Under the pieces are notes generated by a model, which did no database searches, was not told where the DNA came from, and saw only the letters and a list, made by a program, of their open reading frames with translations. The position numbers and the translations under genes are program-made. A DNA stretch of 64,000 bases from NCBI GenBank assembly GCA_049322915.1, contig JBMOPW010000001.1:1-64000 (forward strand). The letters are read 5' to 3'. Below are positions 8,776 to 19,112 of the stretch, piece after piece (positions within the stretch are counted from its first letter, which is position 1; each line of letters starts with the position of its first letter). Source of the stretch: Candidatus Zhuqueibacterota bacterium (GTDB lineage Bacteria; Zhuqueibacterota; Zhuqueibacteria; Thermofontimicrobiales; Thermofontimicrobiaceae).

Positions 8776-11376
8776 TCAATGTTGATCCTCGTGAGAAAGG
8801 TGTTCGATCAGTTGCTGCAAATGCGGATGATATTTTTTGGGCAGTCCTTTGAATGAGGAGGACACTTTTTTAGCATTTTCCGGGTCATGCGAATTTGAGA
8901 CAAGGCTCCTGACATTGGCGATGTATTCCTCAATTTTTTCGCGCACGCGGTCGAGCACATCGGTCTTATCGCAGCCAGCGATGGACCGGGCGGCGCTTTC
9001 AGTGTCAAATTGCTGCTGAACCACATGCTCGAAACAGATGCCGCGGAAATATTCGGTGACAGTGCCGCGGTCGCGATTGCCCAGCGCTTTGGCAGTCTGC
9101 GAAATGGCGGATCGCGAAAATTCGAAGCGACGCAGCATGTCCAGTATCTGTGCTTCCAGCGGCTGGAAAAGAGTCTCCGCCGGCATGACCGGTTCGTGCG
9201 TCTGCAATTCATCGCCCAAATCCGTCTCCCGCACGAAATTTCGATTGTCGCTTTTGGCCAGAATGGCAGCCCGGCGAATGATGTTCTCCAGTTCGCGCAC
9301 ATTGCCCGGCCAGCGATGACGTTGCAAAATTTCCATGGCCCGATCGGAAAAAGAGGTCACCTCGGAGTGGCCGTGCTTTCGCAAAAAGTGCGATGCTAAC
9401 AATGGAATATCCTCTGTCCGTTCCCTCAGCGGAGGTATCGATATGGGGAATCCATTGAGGCGGTAATAGAGATCGGATCTGAACCGACCGCTGTTTTTCT
9501 CATCCTGCACATTGCGGTTTGTCGCGGCGATGATGCGCGCGTCGGTTTTGATGGTCTGTTCTCCGCCCAATCGCTCGAATGCGCCTTCCTGCAGGACGCG
9601 GAGCAGCCGGGTCTGAAAGTGAGGCGTGGTCTCGGTAATTTCATCGAGAAAGATGGTGCCGCCCTGAGCCAGTTCGAATCGGCCATGCCGGCGCGTTTGC
9701 GCCCCGGTGAAACTGCCTCGTTCGTGGCCAAATAGCTCGCTCTCCAGCAGCGTCTCCGAGAGAGCGCCGCAATTGATCGCCACGAAAGGCCGATCCGCTC
9801 GCGGGCCGGTCTGGTGAATGGCATGGGCAATGAGTTCCTTGCCGGTGCCGGTCTCGCCCAAAATGAGCACCGGGATATTGTCGGCGCTGACCTTTGCGAC
9901 CAGTTCCAGCACGGCCGCCATTTTGCTCCCGGGCGAATGGACGATGTCGGCGAATTGCAGCGTCTTGTGCTGGCGCTGCGGCAGGATGTACGCCTTCAGA
10001 TCGCGCAGCTCTTTCTCCATCTGGAGGATCGAAGCTTTTTGTTCCGATGCAACGAGCTGGCTCTTTTCGGAGATGGAATATTCCTGCTGAAGCTGATCTT
10101 CCAGTTCTGCAAGCCTGGCCCGGGATTCCGCCAGTTGTGTTTCCCGCGCAGCGACTTCGCGTTCCAGCAACTGTTTCCGGGAATCGGTCTGCAACTGGCG
10201 CGTTTTAATTTCCTGAATGGCGAGGAAGAAGAAGGCTGCAAAATAGGCCACCGTCGGATAGCACAACGGCAGAGCCTGATTGGCTTGCTGAAAAAATATC
10301 ATGGCGAAAATCCAGTACAGCGCCGGAACGAGGAAGGCGCTTGCGATGCGGAGCGCCATGTTCCGGCTGGAACGGGTCAGCAGCGGCAGCAAGCCCAGAA
10401 TGACGATGAGAATCCCGTGAAGCAGCGCGGAATAGTCGCGGATGAAATTCCGGTGAATGATGTTTTCAGCCACTGTGGCGTGAATGAGACTGGCCGGCAG
10501 CAGAGAAGCGAGCGGGGTGGAAATCATCGGGGAGATGCCCGGCGCAGTCACCGCGATGATCACCAGTTTGCCGGTGAAATTCAATGAGTCCGGCGCGGAC
10601 TCATGGGCTTTGAGCAGATCGACAAAACCGTGCGCGGTCACATTGTGCAGATCACCGAAATGGTTGAGCCGCATCTGTCCCCATTTATCCACCGGGATGG
10701 AGATGGGCTTTCCGGCCTTCGTCGCAAAAACGATGCGGTCGTCTTCGAATGTCGCAGCGGCCGGGCCGTTGAAATAGAGCCTCGCCAATTCCGCGCCGAA
10801 CGACAGCAGGACGCTGTCCGACAGAGTGGCCGTCAGCGGCACAGTACGGCTGAATACCTCAGCGCTGAAATTGCTGAATCCCAGTCCGGCAGCCGACCGG
10901 GCGATTTCCCGCAGCGGGGCGGTCGGCCCGATCCCGTGCGTGGAAGGCGTGGATCCGCGCTCGCGCGGCTTCTCCAGTTCGGAGAATTTTATCGGCAGAC
11001 AGACATTGCCGGCGGTAGCCAACATGTCGGCCAGATTGCTTTCGAACTCCGGGTGGCGTTTATCCATTGTGTCGAACAGAACATCGATGCCAATGGTGTG
11101 CGCGCCGGCAGCACAGAGGATGTGGGTCATGTAGCCGTAGTAGTCCCGCGTCAAAGGCCAGCCCAATGCGTTGATATCTTCGTCGCCCACGAAAACGAAA
11201 ATGATGTCATCAGCCAGGCGCCTGTCGCCTCGCATCCTGAATTGAACATCGATGAAAGCGTTGGAGATGGCGTCATTCCACGGGAAGGGCAGCGCGGAAA
11301 GCAGGAGCAGCGCGCAGAGAATCACCAGCAGGCCAATCAAAATAGGATGTTGCATGTAAGAAAAATGGGTCATCAT
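8776..11376 (-). CDS. Membrane-bound CHASE2-like sensor fused to a sigma-54-dependent activator (bEBP)
   Basis: N-terminal TM; CHASE2-like segment (IIFVFVGDEDINALGWPLTR, IGIDVLF, GKLVII, IHATVAENI); three TMs; coiled coil; AAA+ (GETGTGKE, ESELFGHERGSFTGA, LDEI, RSDLYYRL, WPGNVRELEN); HTH-like end; no receiver domain. Confidence 0.9.
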   Translation of the reverse strand: MMTHFSYMQHPILIGLLVILCALLLLSALPFPWNDAISNAFIDVQFRMRGDRRLADDIIFVFVGDEDINALGWPLTRDYYGYMTHILCAAGAHTIGIDVLFDTMDKRHPEFESNLADMLATAGNVCLPIKFSELEKPRERGSTPSTHGIGPTAPLREIARSAAGLGFSNFSAEVFSRTVPLTATLSDSVLLSFGAELARLYFNGPAAATFEDDRIVFATKAGKPISIPVDKWGQMRLNHFGDLHNVTAHGFVDLLKAHESAPDSLNFTGKLVIIAVTAPGISPMISTPLASLLPASLIHATVAENIIHRNFIRDYSALLHGILIVILGLLPLLTRSSRNMALRIASAFLVPALYWIFAMIFFQQANQALPLCYPTVAYFAAFFFLAIQEIKTRQLQTDSRKQLLEREVAARETQLAESRARLAELEDQLQQEYSISEKSQLVASEQKASILQMEKELRDLKAYILPQRQHKTLQFADIVHSPGSKMAAVLELVAKVSADNIPVLILGETGTGKELIAHAIHQTGPRADRPFVAINCGALSETLLESELFGHERGSFTGAQTRRHGRFELAQGGTIFLDEITETTPHFQTRLLRVLQEGAFERLGGEQTIKTDARIIAATNRNVQDEKNSGRFRSDLYYRLNGFPISIPPLRERTEDIPLLASHFLRKHGHSEVTSFSDRAMEILQRHRWPGNVRELENIIRRAAILAKSDNRNFVRETDLGDELQTHEPVMPAETLFQPLEAQILDMLRRFEFSRSAISQTAKALGNRDRGTVTEYFRGICFEHVVQQQFDTESAARSIAGCDKTDVLDRVREKIEEYIANVRSLVSNSHDPENAKKVSSSFKGLPKKYHPHLQQLIEHLSHEDQH

Positions 11377-11779
11377 GGTTTAACGATTGGTTTTAAACAA
11401 CCGATTATGGTTCGAATCAAGTTCGCCAACTCGCCTGAAATTGAACGTGGAAGCGCTGATTGAATGAGCCTCCGGAAATCAACTGAATGTAAAAGATTTC
11501 GTGCAAAATGTCAATGAAAAAATTGAAGTTCCATGGGTCATCCTGCTTTGTTGGCCACGAAACCCATTTCATCGTTCAGAGACCGCCGGGTGACGCCGGG
11601 TGAAAATGGTCAGAAAATCTTATTGTAAAATGATATTAAATTTCATATATTAAAGCCGAACGCAATGAGTGGACTCGTGCGAAAGGATCGTCGCCATGAC
11701 CGGCTCGATTCTTTCAGTGAACATGCAAGGTACGGAACGAACATAGACTTAGCCGGTTATTTTTTATCAGGAGGGAAAA

Positions 11780-12241
11780 ATGGCGCTTTACCTGGTTCAG
11801 CATGGACGTTCTCTTCCCAAAGAGGTGGACGCTGAGCAAGGACTTTCTTCAGAAGGAATTTTCGAAGTGGAGCAGATTGCCAATCAGGCAATGAAACATC
11901 GCATTCGGGTGAGTTGCATCAAGCATAGCGGTAAAAAACGCGCGCAGCAAACCGCTGAAAAACTGGCGGCCGCTTTGAATCCCGCGCAGGGGATCAGGAA
12001 AATTGGCGGCTTAAAGCCGAACGATGATGTTGAACCTGTCGCCAAAGATCTGAATTACAAAGACAATGTCATGCTGGTCGGGCACCTGCCATTCATGGAA
12101 AAACTGGTGTCTTACCTTATCGTCGCAAATGCCGATAAACCGGTGGTGAAATTCGCTCATGCCTGCATCATTTGTCTCGATAAAGACCCTCTCGGTCAGG
12201 ACTGGTTCATCAAGTGGACGCTGTTTCCGAAAATTTCCTGA
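11780..12241 (+). CDS. sixA: Phosphohistidine phosphatase SixA
   Basis: LYLVQHG, HSGKKRAQQTA, MLVGHLP; TTGTAA-N17-TATATT promoter at 11623-11651. Confidence 0.85.
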   Translation: MALYLVQHGRSLPKEVDAEQGLSSEGIFEVEQIANQAMKHRIRVSCIKHSGKKRAQQTAEKLAAALNPAQGIRKIGGLKPNDDVEPVAKDLNYKDNVMLVGHLPFMEKLVSYLIVANADKPVVKFAHACIICLDKDPLGQDWFIKWTLFPKIS

Positions 12242-12405
12242 TGAACGCAGAGCCGGTCGCTGTCATCGGACAGGCATTAAATCGGATTTGAACGCTGAAT
12301 TGGCGTACTTCACCTGAAACGGATCGCCGGCGCATTGGATGCAGATGCTGTCATTTCGCTGACGCGCCGACAGCGAATAATGAGACCTAACGCGCACAAC
12401 ATGGT

Positions 12406-12735
12406 ATGATCATGAACCGCCTGGATGGAATTCACAAACGTTTTTTCAACATCGGTATTGCCCTGATTCTTGCGAGCTATCCTGTCTGGGCGATTTCATT
12501 GATCCTGGGCGGATTCGCCATCAGCCACAGTTCCCGGAATTTATACATTGCAGCCGGGATTTTCTATGTCTCGAACTGGCTGCTCTTTGGGATTGGTCTT
12601 TTTCTCGCCGGGATGGAAGGTTACCGCTACTCGAAAAAGCTTATCCGAAAATATACGAGATTTTTTTCCATCAGAAAATTGCGCCGTCGCCGCGCCGCTG
12701 CGGAAGGGCAGAGACGAATGCCGGACAAGCGATAG
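12406..12735 (+). CDS. Small two-TM membrane protein
   Basis: Two hydrophobic helices and a basic tail. Confidence 0.55.
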   Translation: MIMNRLDGIHKRFFNIGIALILASYPVWAISLILGGFAISHSSRNLYIAAGIFYVSNWLLFGIGLFLAGMEGYRYSKKLIRKYTRFFSIRKLRRRRAAAEGQRRMPDKR

Positions 12736-12816
12736 CCGTCCGCGACTCGGCGCCGGAGGGCGCAGACAATCCTATTGATTTCCTGAATCACGACTGTAAT
12801 TTGAAAGGCGAACTCA

Positions 12817-13572
12817 ATGACTCAATCATCCGGAATCAACCTTGTCCATGTCAACGCTGAAAACGTGGATCAGACCGGTTTTTTCTGCTACATGAGCAAG
12901 CGCAAATCCGAGGGCTACGCGCGAAAGCTCAACTGGCTGAAAGCCCGGTTTGAAGAAGGGCTGCGCATCAAAATGCTGGAATTACCGCAGCGGGGTTTCA
13001 TCGAATACATTCCCGGAGAATTTGCCTGGCGCGCGGTGCACGCCGAGAATTATATGGTCATTCACTGCCTCTGGGTCGTGGGCCAATCGCGGGGACAGGG
13101 ACTGGCCAGCTATCTGGTCGATGCGTGCATCCGGGACGCGCGCGAATGCGGAAAAAGCGGCGTGGCCATGGTGACCAGCGAGCGCGTGTGGCTCATGGGG
13201 AGGAAGCTTTTGGACAAGCTCGGCTTTCAGTCCGTTGCCGAATATCCGCCGTTCAATTTGATGGTGAAGAAATTTGACGATGCGCCTTTGCCAACATTCT
13301 GCGGTGATTGGCAGGAGAAGGCCGGCCGCTTTGGCGAGGGCTTCATGGTGATCCGCTCCGACCAGTGTCCCTATGTGCCGGACGCGACCGATGCCATTTC
13401 CAAATTCGCCAGTGAGCGACGCAGCGCCTGCAACGTGATCGAATTGCGCACCAGCGACGATGTCCGCAATGTAGCACCTTCGCCGTACGGCGTGTTCAGC
13501 ATTGTCCACGATGGAAAGCTGCTGGCCTATCATTACCTGCTGCCCAAAGACCTGGAGAAATTATTCCCTTAA
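12817..13572 (+). CDS. GNAT-family acetyltransferase with YoaP-like C-terminal domain
   Basis: GFIEYIPGE.AWR, IHCLWV..RGQG, SDQCPY, PSPYGVFS. Confidence 0.8.
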   Translation: MTQSSGINLVHVNAENVDQTGFFCYMSKRKSEGYARKLNWLKARFEEGLRIKMLELPQRGFIEYIPGEFAWRAVHAENYMVIHCLWVVGQSRGQGLASYLVDACIRDARECGKSGVAMVTSERVWLMGRKLLDKLGFQSVAEYPPFNLMVKKFDDAPLPTFCGDWQEKAGRFGEGFMVIRSDQCPYVPDATDAISKFASERRSACNVIELRTSDDVRNVAPSPYGVFSIVHDGKLLAYHYLLPKDLEKLFP

Positions 13573-13774
13573 ATTTTTAGGTTTTTTGGGTATGGCCGGG
13601 CCGACTCTAATAAACCTAAAAAGGCTTTGATACGTTGGTTATGATTTCTTTTCCACAGCATTAATGACGTGGCAATTCATTGAAAAAGATAAAATATAGA
13701 TAATCTGATTACCGGGCTTCAGCCTCTTTTTAGAGTAGCTGATCTCGCGTCTCGCATCTGTCGTCTTTCGTCTC
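13573..13774. repeat. REP/MITE-like element remnant plus heptamer tandem repeat
   Basis: ccacagcattaatgacgtggcaattc..gggcttcagcc is homologous to the element at 41.6 kb; tctcgcg-tctcgca-tctgtcg-tctttcg at 13743-13770. Confidence 0.55.
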
Positions 13775-13825
13775 AGCTTCGCCCCGTTCTTGATTGGACT
13801 CATGGATAAAAAAAGGGATAACTCA

Positions 13826-15037
13826 ATGGAGATGGAGAAATTTTATAATAGAAGTGTATTTTATCTGAAAAAACTCTGCGAAGACATTGAGGACAGGAGC
13901 GTTGGCAGTGCAGGCAACCGGCAGGCGACAATTTTCTTTGAAAAAGAAATGACCGGATTTGGTTGGAGCTGTGAAACCTCTGAATTGAATGTGGTTGACT
14001 GGGAGGAAGGCGGGGCAACGCTGCAAGCCGAAGATACACGTTTTAAGGTGTTGGTGAGCCCGTACTCTCCTGGCTGTGATGTCCGGGAGGAATTGATTGG
14101 CATATCAAGTATTGAAGAATTGGGACAGGCCGAAATAGGCGGGAAGGTCGTTCTTTTATATGGCGAGATTGCGAAAGAACAGTTAATGCCGAAAAATTTT
14201 GTGTTCTATAATCCTGAAGAACATCAGAGAGTCATTGCCCTGCTTGAAGAAAAAAGGCCTGTCGCTATTATTTCTGCGACTGGAAGAAACTCTGCTCTGG
14301 CAGGGGGGGCATATCCGTTTCCGTTAATTGAAGACGGAGATTTTGATATTCCTTCAGTGTATATGACAGAAGAGGAAGGTGAACGACTTTTGTCCCATGC
14401 AGGAAAATCGGTCCGGCTGAAATCTCATTCGAAGCGTATCCCGGCCAGAGCTTATAATGTTATTGCTCGAAAAGGAAAAAATGCAACCGGGCGGATTGTC
14501 ATCACTGCCCATATTGATGCCAAAAAAGGAACACCGGGCGCCATTGACAATGCAACGGGTGTAATAGTTTTACTGCTAATCGCTGAAATGCTCAGAGATT
14601 ATGACGGAGAAAGAATGCTTGAAATCGTCGCACTGAACGGTGAAGATTATTTTGCTGTGCCCGGTCAGATGGACTATATTCGAAAAAATCAGAATAGATT
14701 CAATGAAATCCTTTTGAATATCAACATAGACGGCGCGGGTTACAAAGAGGGTAAATCCACTTTTTCACTTTTTGGCTTGCCTCCGGAAATGGAAGAAAAT
14801 GTGAAACGCATATTGGCGGAAAATGATGGAATTACAGACGGTATTCCGTGGCCGCAAGGAGACCACAGCATCTTCATTCAGCAGGGCTGCCCTGCCATTG
14901 CGGTATCGTCGAAATGGCTAATCGATCATATGGACAGCCAGACTATTACCCATACACCCAAAGATAATCCCGGGATAGTCGATTGTCGCAAACTGGTCGG
15001 GATCGCCGAGGCATTGAATCAGTTACTTTGTAAGTAA
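13826..15037 (+). CDS. M28-family (PA-domain) aminopeptidase
   Basis: TAHIDA, PGAIDNATG, NGEDY, NIDG, GDH, HT.KD zinc-peptidase motifs; start uncertain (13802 or 13826); visibly AT-richer than its neighbours. Confidence 0.85.
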   Translation: MEMEKFYNRSVFYLKKLCEDIEDRSVGSAGNRQATIFFEKEMTGFGWSCETSELNVVDWEEGGATLQAEDTRFKVLVSPYSPGCDVREELIGISSIEELGQAEIGGKVVLLYGEIAKEQLMPKNFVFYNPEEHQRVIALLEEKRPVAIISATGRNSALAGGAYPFPLIEDGDFDIPSVYMTEEEGERLLSHAGKSVRLKSHSKRIPARAYNVIARKGKNATGRIVITAHIDAKKGTPGAIDNATGVIVLLLIAEMLRDYDGERMLEIVALNGEDYFAVPGQMDYIRKNQNRFNEILLNINIDGAGYKEGKSTFSLFGLPPEMEENVKRILAENDGITDGIPWPQGDHSIFIQQGCPAIAVSSKWLIDHMDSQTITHTPKDNPGIVDCRKLVGIAEALNQLLCK

Positions 15038-15045
15038 GCAAAGAG

Positions 15046-15119
15046 GCATGACAAATCACTGTACTGGTTTCATACGCTGTTGCGCTCCGTAAAAACCAGT
15101 GAGTTCAAACACGATAGGA
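15046..15119 (+). mobile_element. Degenerate integron attC-like recombination site
   Basis: GCATGAC-AAATCACTGTACTGGTTTCATACG..CGTAAAAACCAGTGAGTTCAAAC-ACGATAGG: imperfect palindrome with R''/R' cores each one base off (AAC to GAC, GTT to GAT), 8 bp after the stop codon. Confidence 0.6.
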
Positions 15120-15274
15120 TCGGGACAAAGAAGCATTACCCATATCAGAATGAAAATAGCCCTTTGTTTTGTTGCAGAAGCGGAGATGTCCAATGAAACT
15201 GCGACTCAGTTTGTCCCGCAAACTTAACTGAAAACATCATGCGTAACTCAGAACATTTTAAGGTGGAGATGACC

Positions 15275-17710
15275 ATGCAAGATTTTGAAAAATTAGGTGT
15301 GTTTTATCTGGGTCGCGAATACGATCTTGAAAAAGGCGCGCCCAAAGAAAATTTGCTCCTGTACGAGACCAAAGATCTGGTGACTCACGCGGTGTGCATT
15401 GGCATGACCGGCAGTGGAAAGACCGGCTTGTGCATCGGTCTGCTGGAAGAAGCGGCCATCGATGGCATTCCGGCTATTGTGATTGATCCAAAGGGCGATT
15501 TGCCGAATTTGCTGCTGGCGTTTCCCGGGTTGACCGGCGCGGAATTCCAGCCCTGGGTGAATGAAGACGATGCCAATAAAAAGGGGATCACCGTGGCCGA
15601 ATACGCCGAGCAACAGGCAGCGCTCTGGAAAAAGGGTCTGGCTGAATGGGGTCAGGATGCGACGCGGATTCAACGGTACAAGGATTCGGTGGATATTTGT
15701 ATCTACACGCCGGGCAGCAACGCCGGTTTGCCAGTGTCCATCCTCAAATCGTTCGCCGCGCCGGAGGCGGTCATTGCCGGGGATGGTGATTTGCTGAGTG
15801 AGCAGATCGACACGACGGTCACGAGCCTGCTCAATTTGCTGGGCATCGAGGCTGATCCGCTGCAAAGCCGCGAGCACATTTTGCTTTCGACGATTCTCGA
15901 AACCACATGGCGCGACGGAAAGGATCTGGACCTGGCCGGCCTGATTCAGGCGATTCAAAAACCGTCCTTCTCGCACATCGGCGTGTTCGATCTGGAGTCG
16001 TTTTACCCATCAAAGGATAGATTCGGTCTGGCCATGAAAATCAACAACCTGCTCGCAGCGCCCGGCTTTGGCACGTGGATGGAAGGCCAGCCCCTGGATA
16101 TCGACAATATTTTATACACCGGCGAGGGCAAACCGCGCATCGCCATCTTCTCCATTTCGCATCTCAATGACGCGGAGCGTATGTTCTTTGTGTCGCTCCT
16201 GCTCACCCGGGTCCTGGGCTGGATGCGGGCGCAGTCCGGCACAACCAGTTTGCGCGCGTTGCTGTACATGGATGAAATTTTTGGTTATTTCCCGCCGGTG
16301 GCCAATCCGCCGTCCAAGGCGCCGCTGCTGACTTTGCTGAAACAGGCGCGCGCGTTTGGTTTGGGCGTTGTGCTGGCTACGCAGAATCCGGTGGACCTGG
16401 ATTATAAAGGCCTGTCCAATACCGGGACCTGGTTCATTGGCCGGCTCCAGACGGACCGAGACAAACAGCGCGTGCTGGATGGCCTGGAAGGCGCCGGCGC
16501 CGGTTCGTCTTTCGATCGCCAAAAAATGGAGCAGATACTCGCCGGACTTGGCAAGCGCGTATTTTTGATGAACAATGTGAACGAAGACGCGCCCATCATT
16601 TTTACCACGCGCTGGGCGATGTCCTATCTCCGCGGGCCGCTGACGCGCAATCAAATTAAGTTATTGATGGACAAGGAACAGACTGCTTCGTCAGCCGCGG
16701 TTCAAACCAAAGATCAGCCGGCCCGGACGAAAGAGCACCCGGCGGCTGTGAAAACTGATACGCCGGTGCTGCCGCCGGATATTCCGCAATATTACATCCC
16801 GGCGCAAACGGAGAGTTCGGAGAATGCATCCCTGTTTTATGAGCCAATGCTCATCGGCATGGGATCTATCTACTTCGCCGATGCAAAGACCAATAGCCGT
16901 TCGGAGAAGAAGCTCGCCCATATCACCGCTTTTTCAGAAACGCCTTCCCGAATCGATTGGGATGAGGGACAGGCTGCCGGACTGTCTGAGGATGATCTGC
17001 TCACATCGCCGGAGAAGGAAGGCGCTTCATTCGGTGAATTTCCCAAAGAGGTCAGCAACAAGAAGAGCTACCTTGAGTGGAGCAAAAACTACAACGAGTG
17101 GCTCTATCGCAATCAGCAATTGGAGTTGCTGAAAAGTCCGCAGTTGGCAGTCGTCTCACAGCCGGGCGAATCGGAGCGGGATTTCCGAATTCGGCTGCAG
17201 ATGATCGCCAGGGAGAAGCGCGATGAGTTTGCTGAGCGTCTGCGCCAGAAGTACGCATCAAAGATTACCAGCCTGGAAGAGCGCATTCGCCGCGCGTCGT
17301 ACGCCGTGGAGCGGGAAAAGGAACAGTCCCAGCAGCAAAAATTGCAGACCGCAATCTCCATCGGCACGACATTGCTGGGAGCGTTCATGGGCCGAAAGAC
17401 AGTGAACCGCTCCACGTTAGGAAGGGCCACCACCGCTGCCCGCGGCGCCAGCCGTACCATGAAGGAGGCGAAAGACGTGAACCGCGCGGAAGAAAATTTG
17501 ACTGTGCTTCAGGAACAATTGAATGAGCTTCAGGCGCAATTCGATCAGGAGATTCAGCAGGCCAAAGACAGCATCGACCCCATGACCGAAAATCTGGAGA
17601 CGATGATCGTTCGCCCCAAAAAGACCGACATAGCCGTCGCTTTTGTAGCTCTGGCCTGGGCGCCGTACTGGCAGGATGAAAAAGGCGGCATAAAGCCAGC
17701 CTGGCAATAG
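15275..17710 (+). CDS. HerA/FtsK-superfamily P-loop ATPase (DUF87-like) with C-terminal coiled coils
   Basis: Walker A GMTGSGKT; IDPKGD; Walker B LYMDE; KQARAFG..ATQNP. Confidence 0.85.
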   Translation: MQDFEKLGVFYLGREYDLEKGAPKENLLLYETKDLVTHAVCIGMTGSGKTGLCIGLLEEAAIDGIPAIVIDPKGDLPNLLLAFPGLTGAEFQPWVNEDDANKKGITVAEYAEQQAALWKKGLAEWGQDATRIQRYKDSVDICIYTPGSNAGLPVSILKSFAAPEAVIAGDGDLLSEQIDTTVTSLLNLLGIEADPLQSREHILLSTILETTWRDGKDLDLAGLIQAIQKPSFSHIGVFDLESFYPSKDRFGLAMKINNLLAAPGFGTWMEGQPLDIDNILYTGEGKPRIAIFSISHLNDAERMFFVSLLLTRVLGWMRAQSGTTSLRALLYMDEIFGYFPPVANPPSKAPLLTLLKQARAFGLGVVLATQNPVDLDYKGLSNTGTWFIGRLQTDRDKQRVLDGLEGAGAGSSFDRQKMEQILAGLGKRVFLMNNVNEDAPIIFTTRWAMSYLRGPLTRNQIKLLMDKEQTASSAAVQTKDQPARTKEHPAAVKTDTPVLPPDIPQYYIPAQTESSENASLFYEPMLIGMGSIYFADAKTNSRSEKKLAHITAFSETPSRIDWDEGQAAGLSEDDLLTSPEKEGASFGEFPKEVSNKKSYLEWSKNYNEWLYRNQQLELLKSPQLAVVSQPGESERDFRIRLQMIAREKRDEFAERLRQKYASKITSLEERIRRASYAVEREKEQSQQQKLQTAISIGTTLLGAFMGRKTVNRSTLGRATTAARGASRTMKEAKDVNRAEENLTVLQEQLNELQAQFDQEIQQAKDSIDPMTENLETMIVRPKKTDIAVAFVALAWAPYWQDEKGGIKPAWQ

Positions 17711-17924
17711 AGAGGTGCAACCTGCCGGGAACCCCAGGCATGATTGCATGCGGCGAGGAATTTTCTTTCAATTTCACTTTCACTTTAAAAATAGTGGATT
17801 GGTCTTGTCAAAGCCCACTTTTATTGAGGAGTGCAGTCTGGCCGACTGCCAGCGCTGCACTCCTGATGTCATTCAAATCTGATGATGTGGAGTTACCGGG
17901 ACATTCGACTGCTCGTCCTCGCGT

Positions 17925-18272
17925 CTATTCCGTGGAATTGATGGGTTCTTTTTCCGGGAAATAACGCGCGTAAAGGATGTCAGTGAATACCACTGCTGCC
18001 GGCGCGTGTAACTCGATATTTCGTCTGGCCAGCGTTTTTTCGACCTGCGCCAGCGCGTTTTTCCACTCCGAAATCCCCTGCAATTCAGCGATGCAGTCTT
18101 CGTACTCTTTTTCATTGTTACCAAAAAGACTTTTAATGATTTTTTTCTTCTGCTGATTGGAGATGCATAGCTTTATCGGCGCCAATGGAACCTTTTTCCT
18201 GTCATTGGCGCTGTTCAATCTGATCACCTTGTTGCCGTCGGTGTCATTAAAACGCTTGTGAAGTTCTACCAT
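17925..18272 (-). CDS. Hypothetical protein
   Basis: ORF with gaggg RBS before MVELHK; predicted helical; no recognised motif. Confidence 0.6.
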   Translation of the reverse strand: MVELHKRFNDTDGNKVIRLNSANDRKKVPLAPIKLCISNQQKKKIIKSLFGNNEKEYEDCIAELQGISEWKNALAQVEKTLARRNIELHAPAAVVFTDILYARYFPEKEPINSTE

Positions 18273-18412
18273 TGCTGTACCCTCGTGATGTAGTGAAAGG
18301 TTCAGTGAATTTTTCAAACGCATGCAGCCTCGATACAATTAAAATCACCATCCATTGATTCCCGTGTGTGATGCAAAGGGTGAAACGTCCGGTTGGACTG
18401 CTTATAGCAAAC

Positions 18413-18619
18413 TTAGCCGGACGCTTTGTTCGCGCTGCCTGTTCCAAATTGTCTATTTTTTCTTGAATGATTCGCGGCGGATTTGCCTTTCGCTGATTCT
18501 GTCGCTCCGCCTTTATTTTTTTCAAGATCTGTTTTGGAAAATAGAACAAGAATAAATGCATATAATGTAATGCCCGCAACAGCCGCGACCAGAACGATTA
18601 AAAGAATCGTTGACCACAT
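18413..18619 (-). CDS. Small single-TM protein
   Basis: gaggag RBS; MWSTILLIVLVAAVAGITLYAFILVLF followed by a basic tail. Confidence 0.55.
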   Translation of the reverse strand: MWSTILLIVLVAAVAGITLYAFILVLFSKTDLEKNKGGATESAKGKSAANHSRKNRQFGTGSANKASG

Positions 18620-19112
18620 TGTTTTCTCCTCTTCATTATAAAGTGAATACAATAGTGAGTGGCATCAGAATGAGACGCTGCCGAGCGATCCGATCGCTAC
18701 GACCAGTTCGCGCCTGCGAATGAACCATGCGGCAGAATCCGGGTATTGGTTCAAGGCCAGATGGTTGCGATCCGAATTCCAATGCGCAGGGCAAAGCCCT
18801 TTCCATGCTTCAACAACCAGAGTTGCGACAGGCAACGTGGCGGAATCAGCGGATTGCATTGGGGTCATGAACGCAATGCACGGATTTTCAGCCGGCATAA
18901 TTCAGAAGTTGGGGCTGCTTGCCGCAACGGACATCGCTGAAAAGGCCTTGCCTGCTGCTATTCCTGAAAAGCAACGCAAATTCAGAGCAAATCAAAAGGG
19001 CCGGCATAGCATTGCTGAAATAGCTATTCGCCGCCGACATCGATTCGTAAACTCGGAATCGTCAGGATATGGAGTCGCTCAGAGGGTTTATCCATGTGGA
19101 AAAATGAGGTAT

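Noticed and set aside
19001..19016. Second sigma-54 promoter (CCGGCATAGCATTGCT)
   Set aside because: GG-to-GC spacing is 9, not 10, and no credible + strand gene follows
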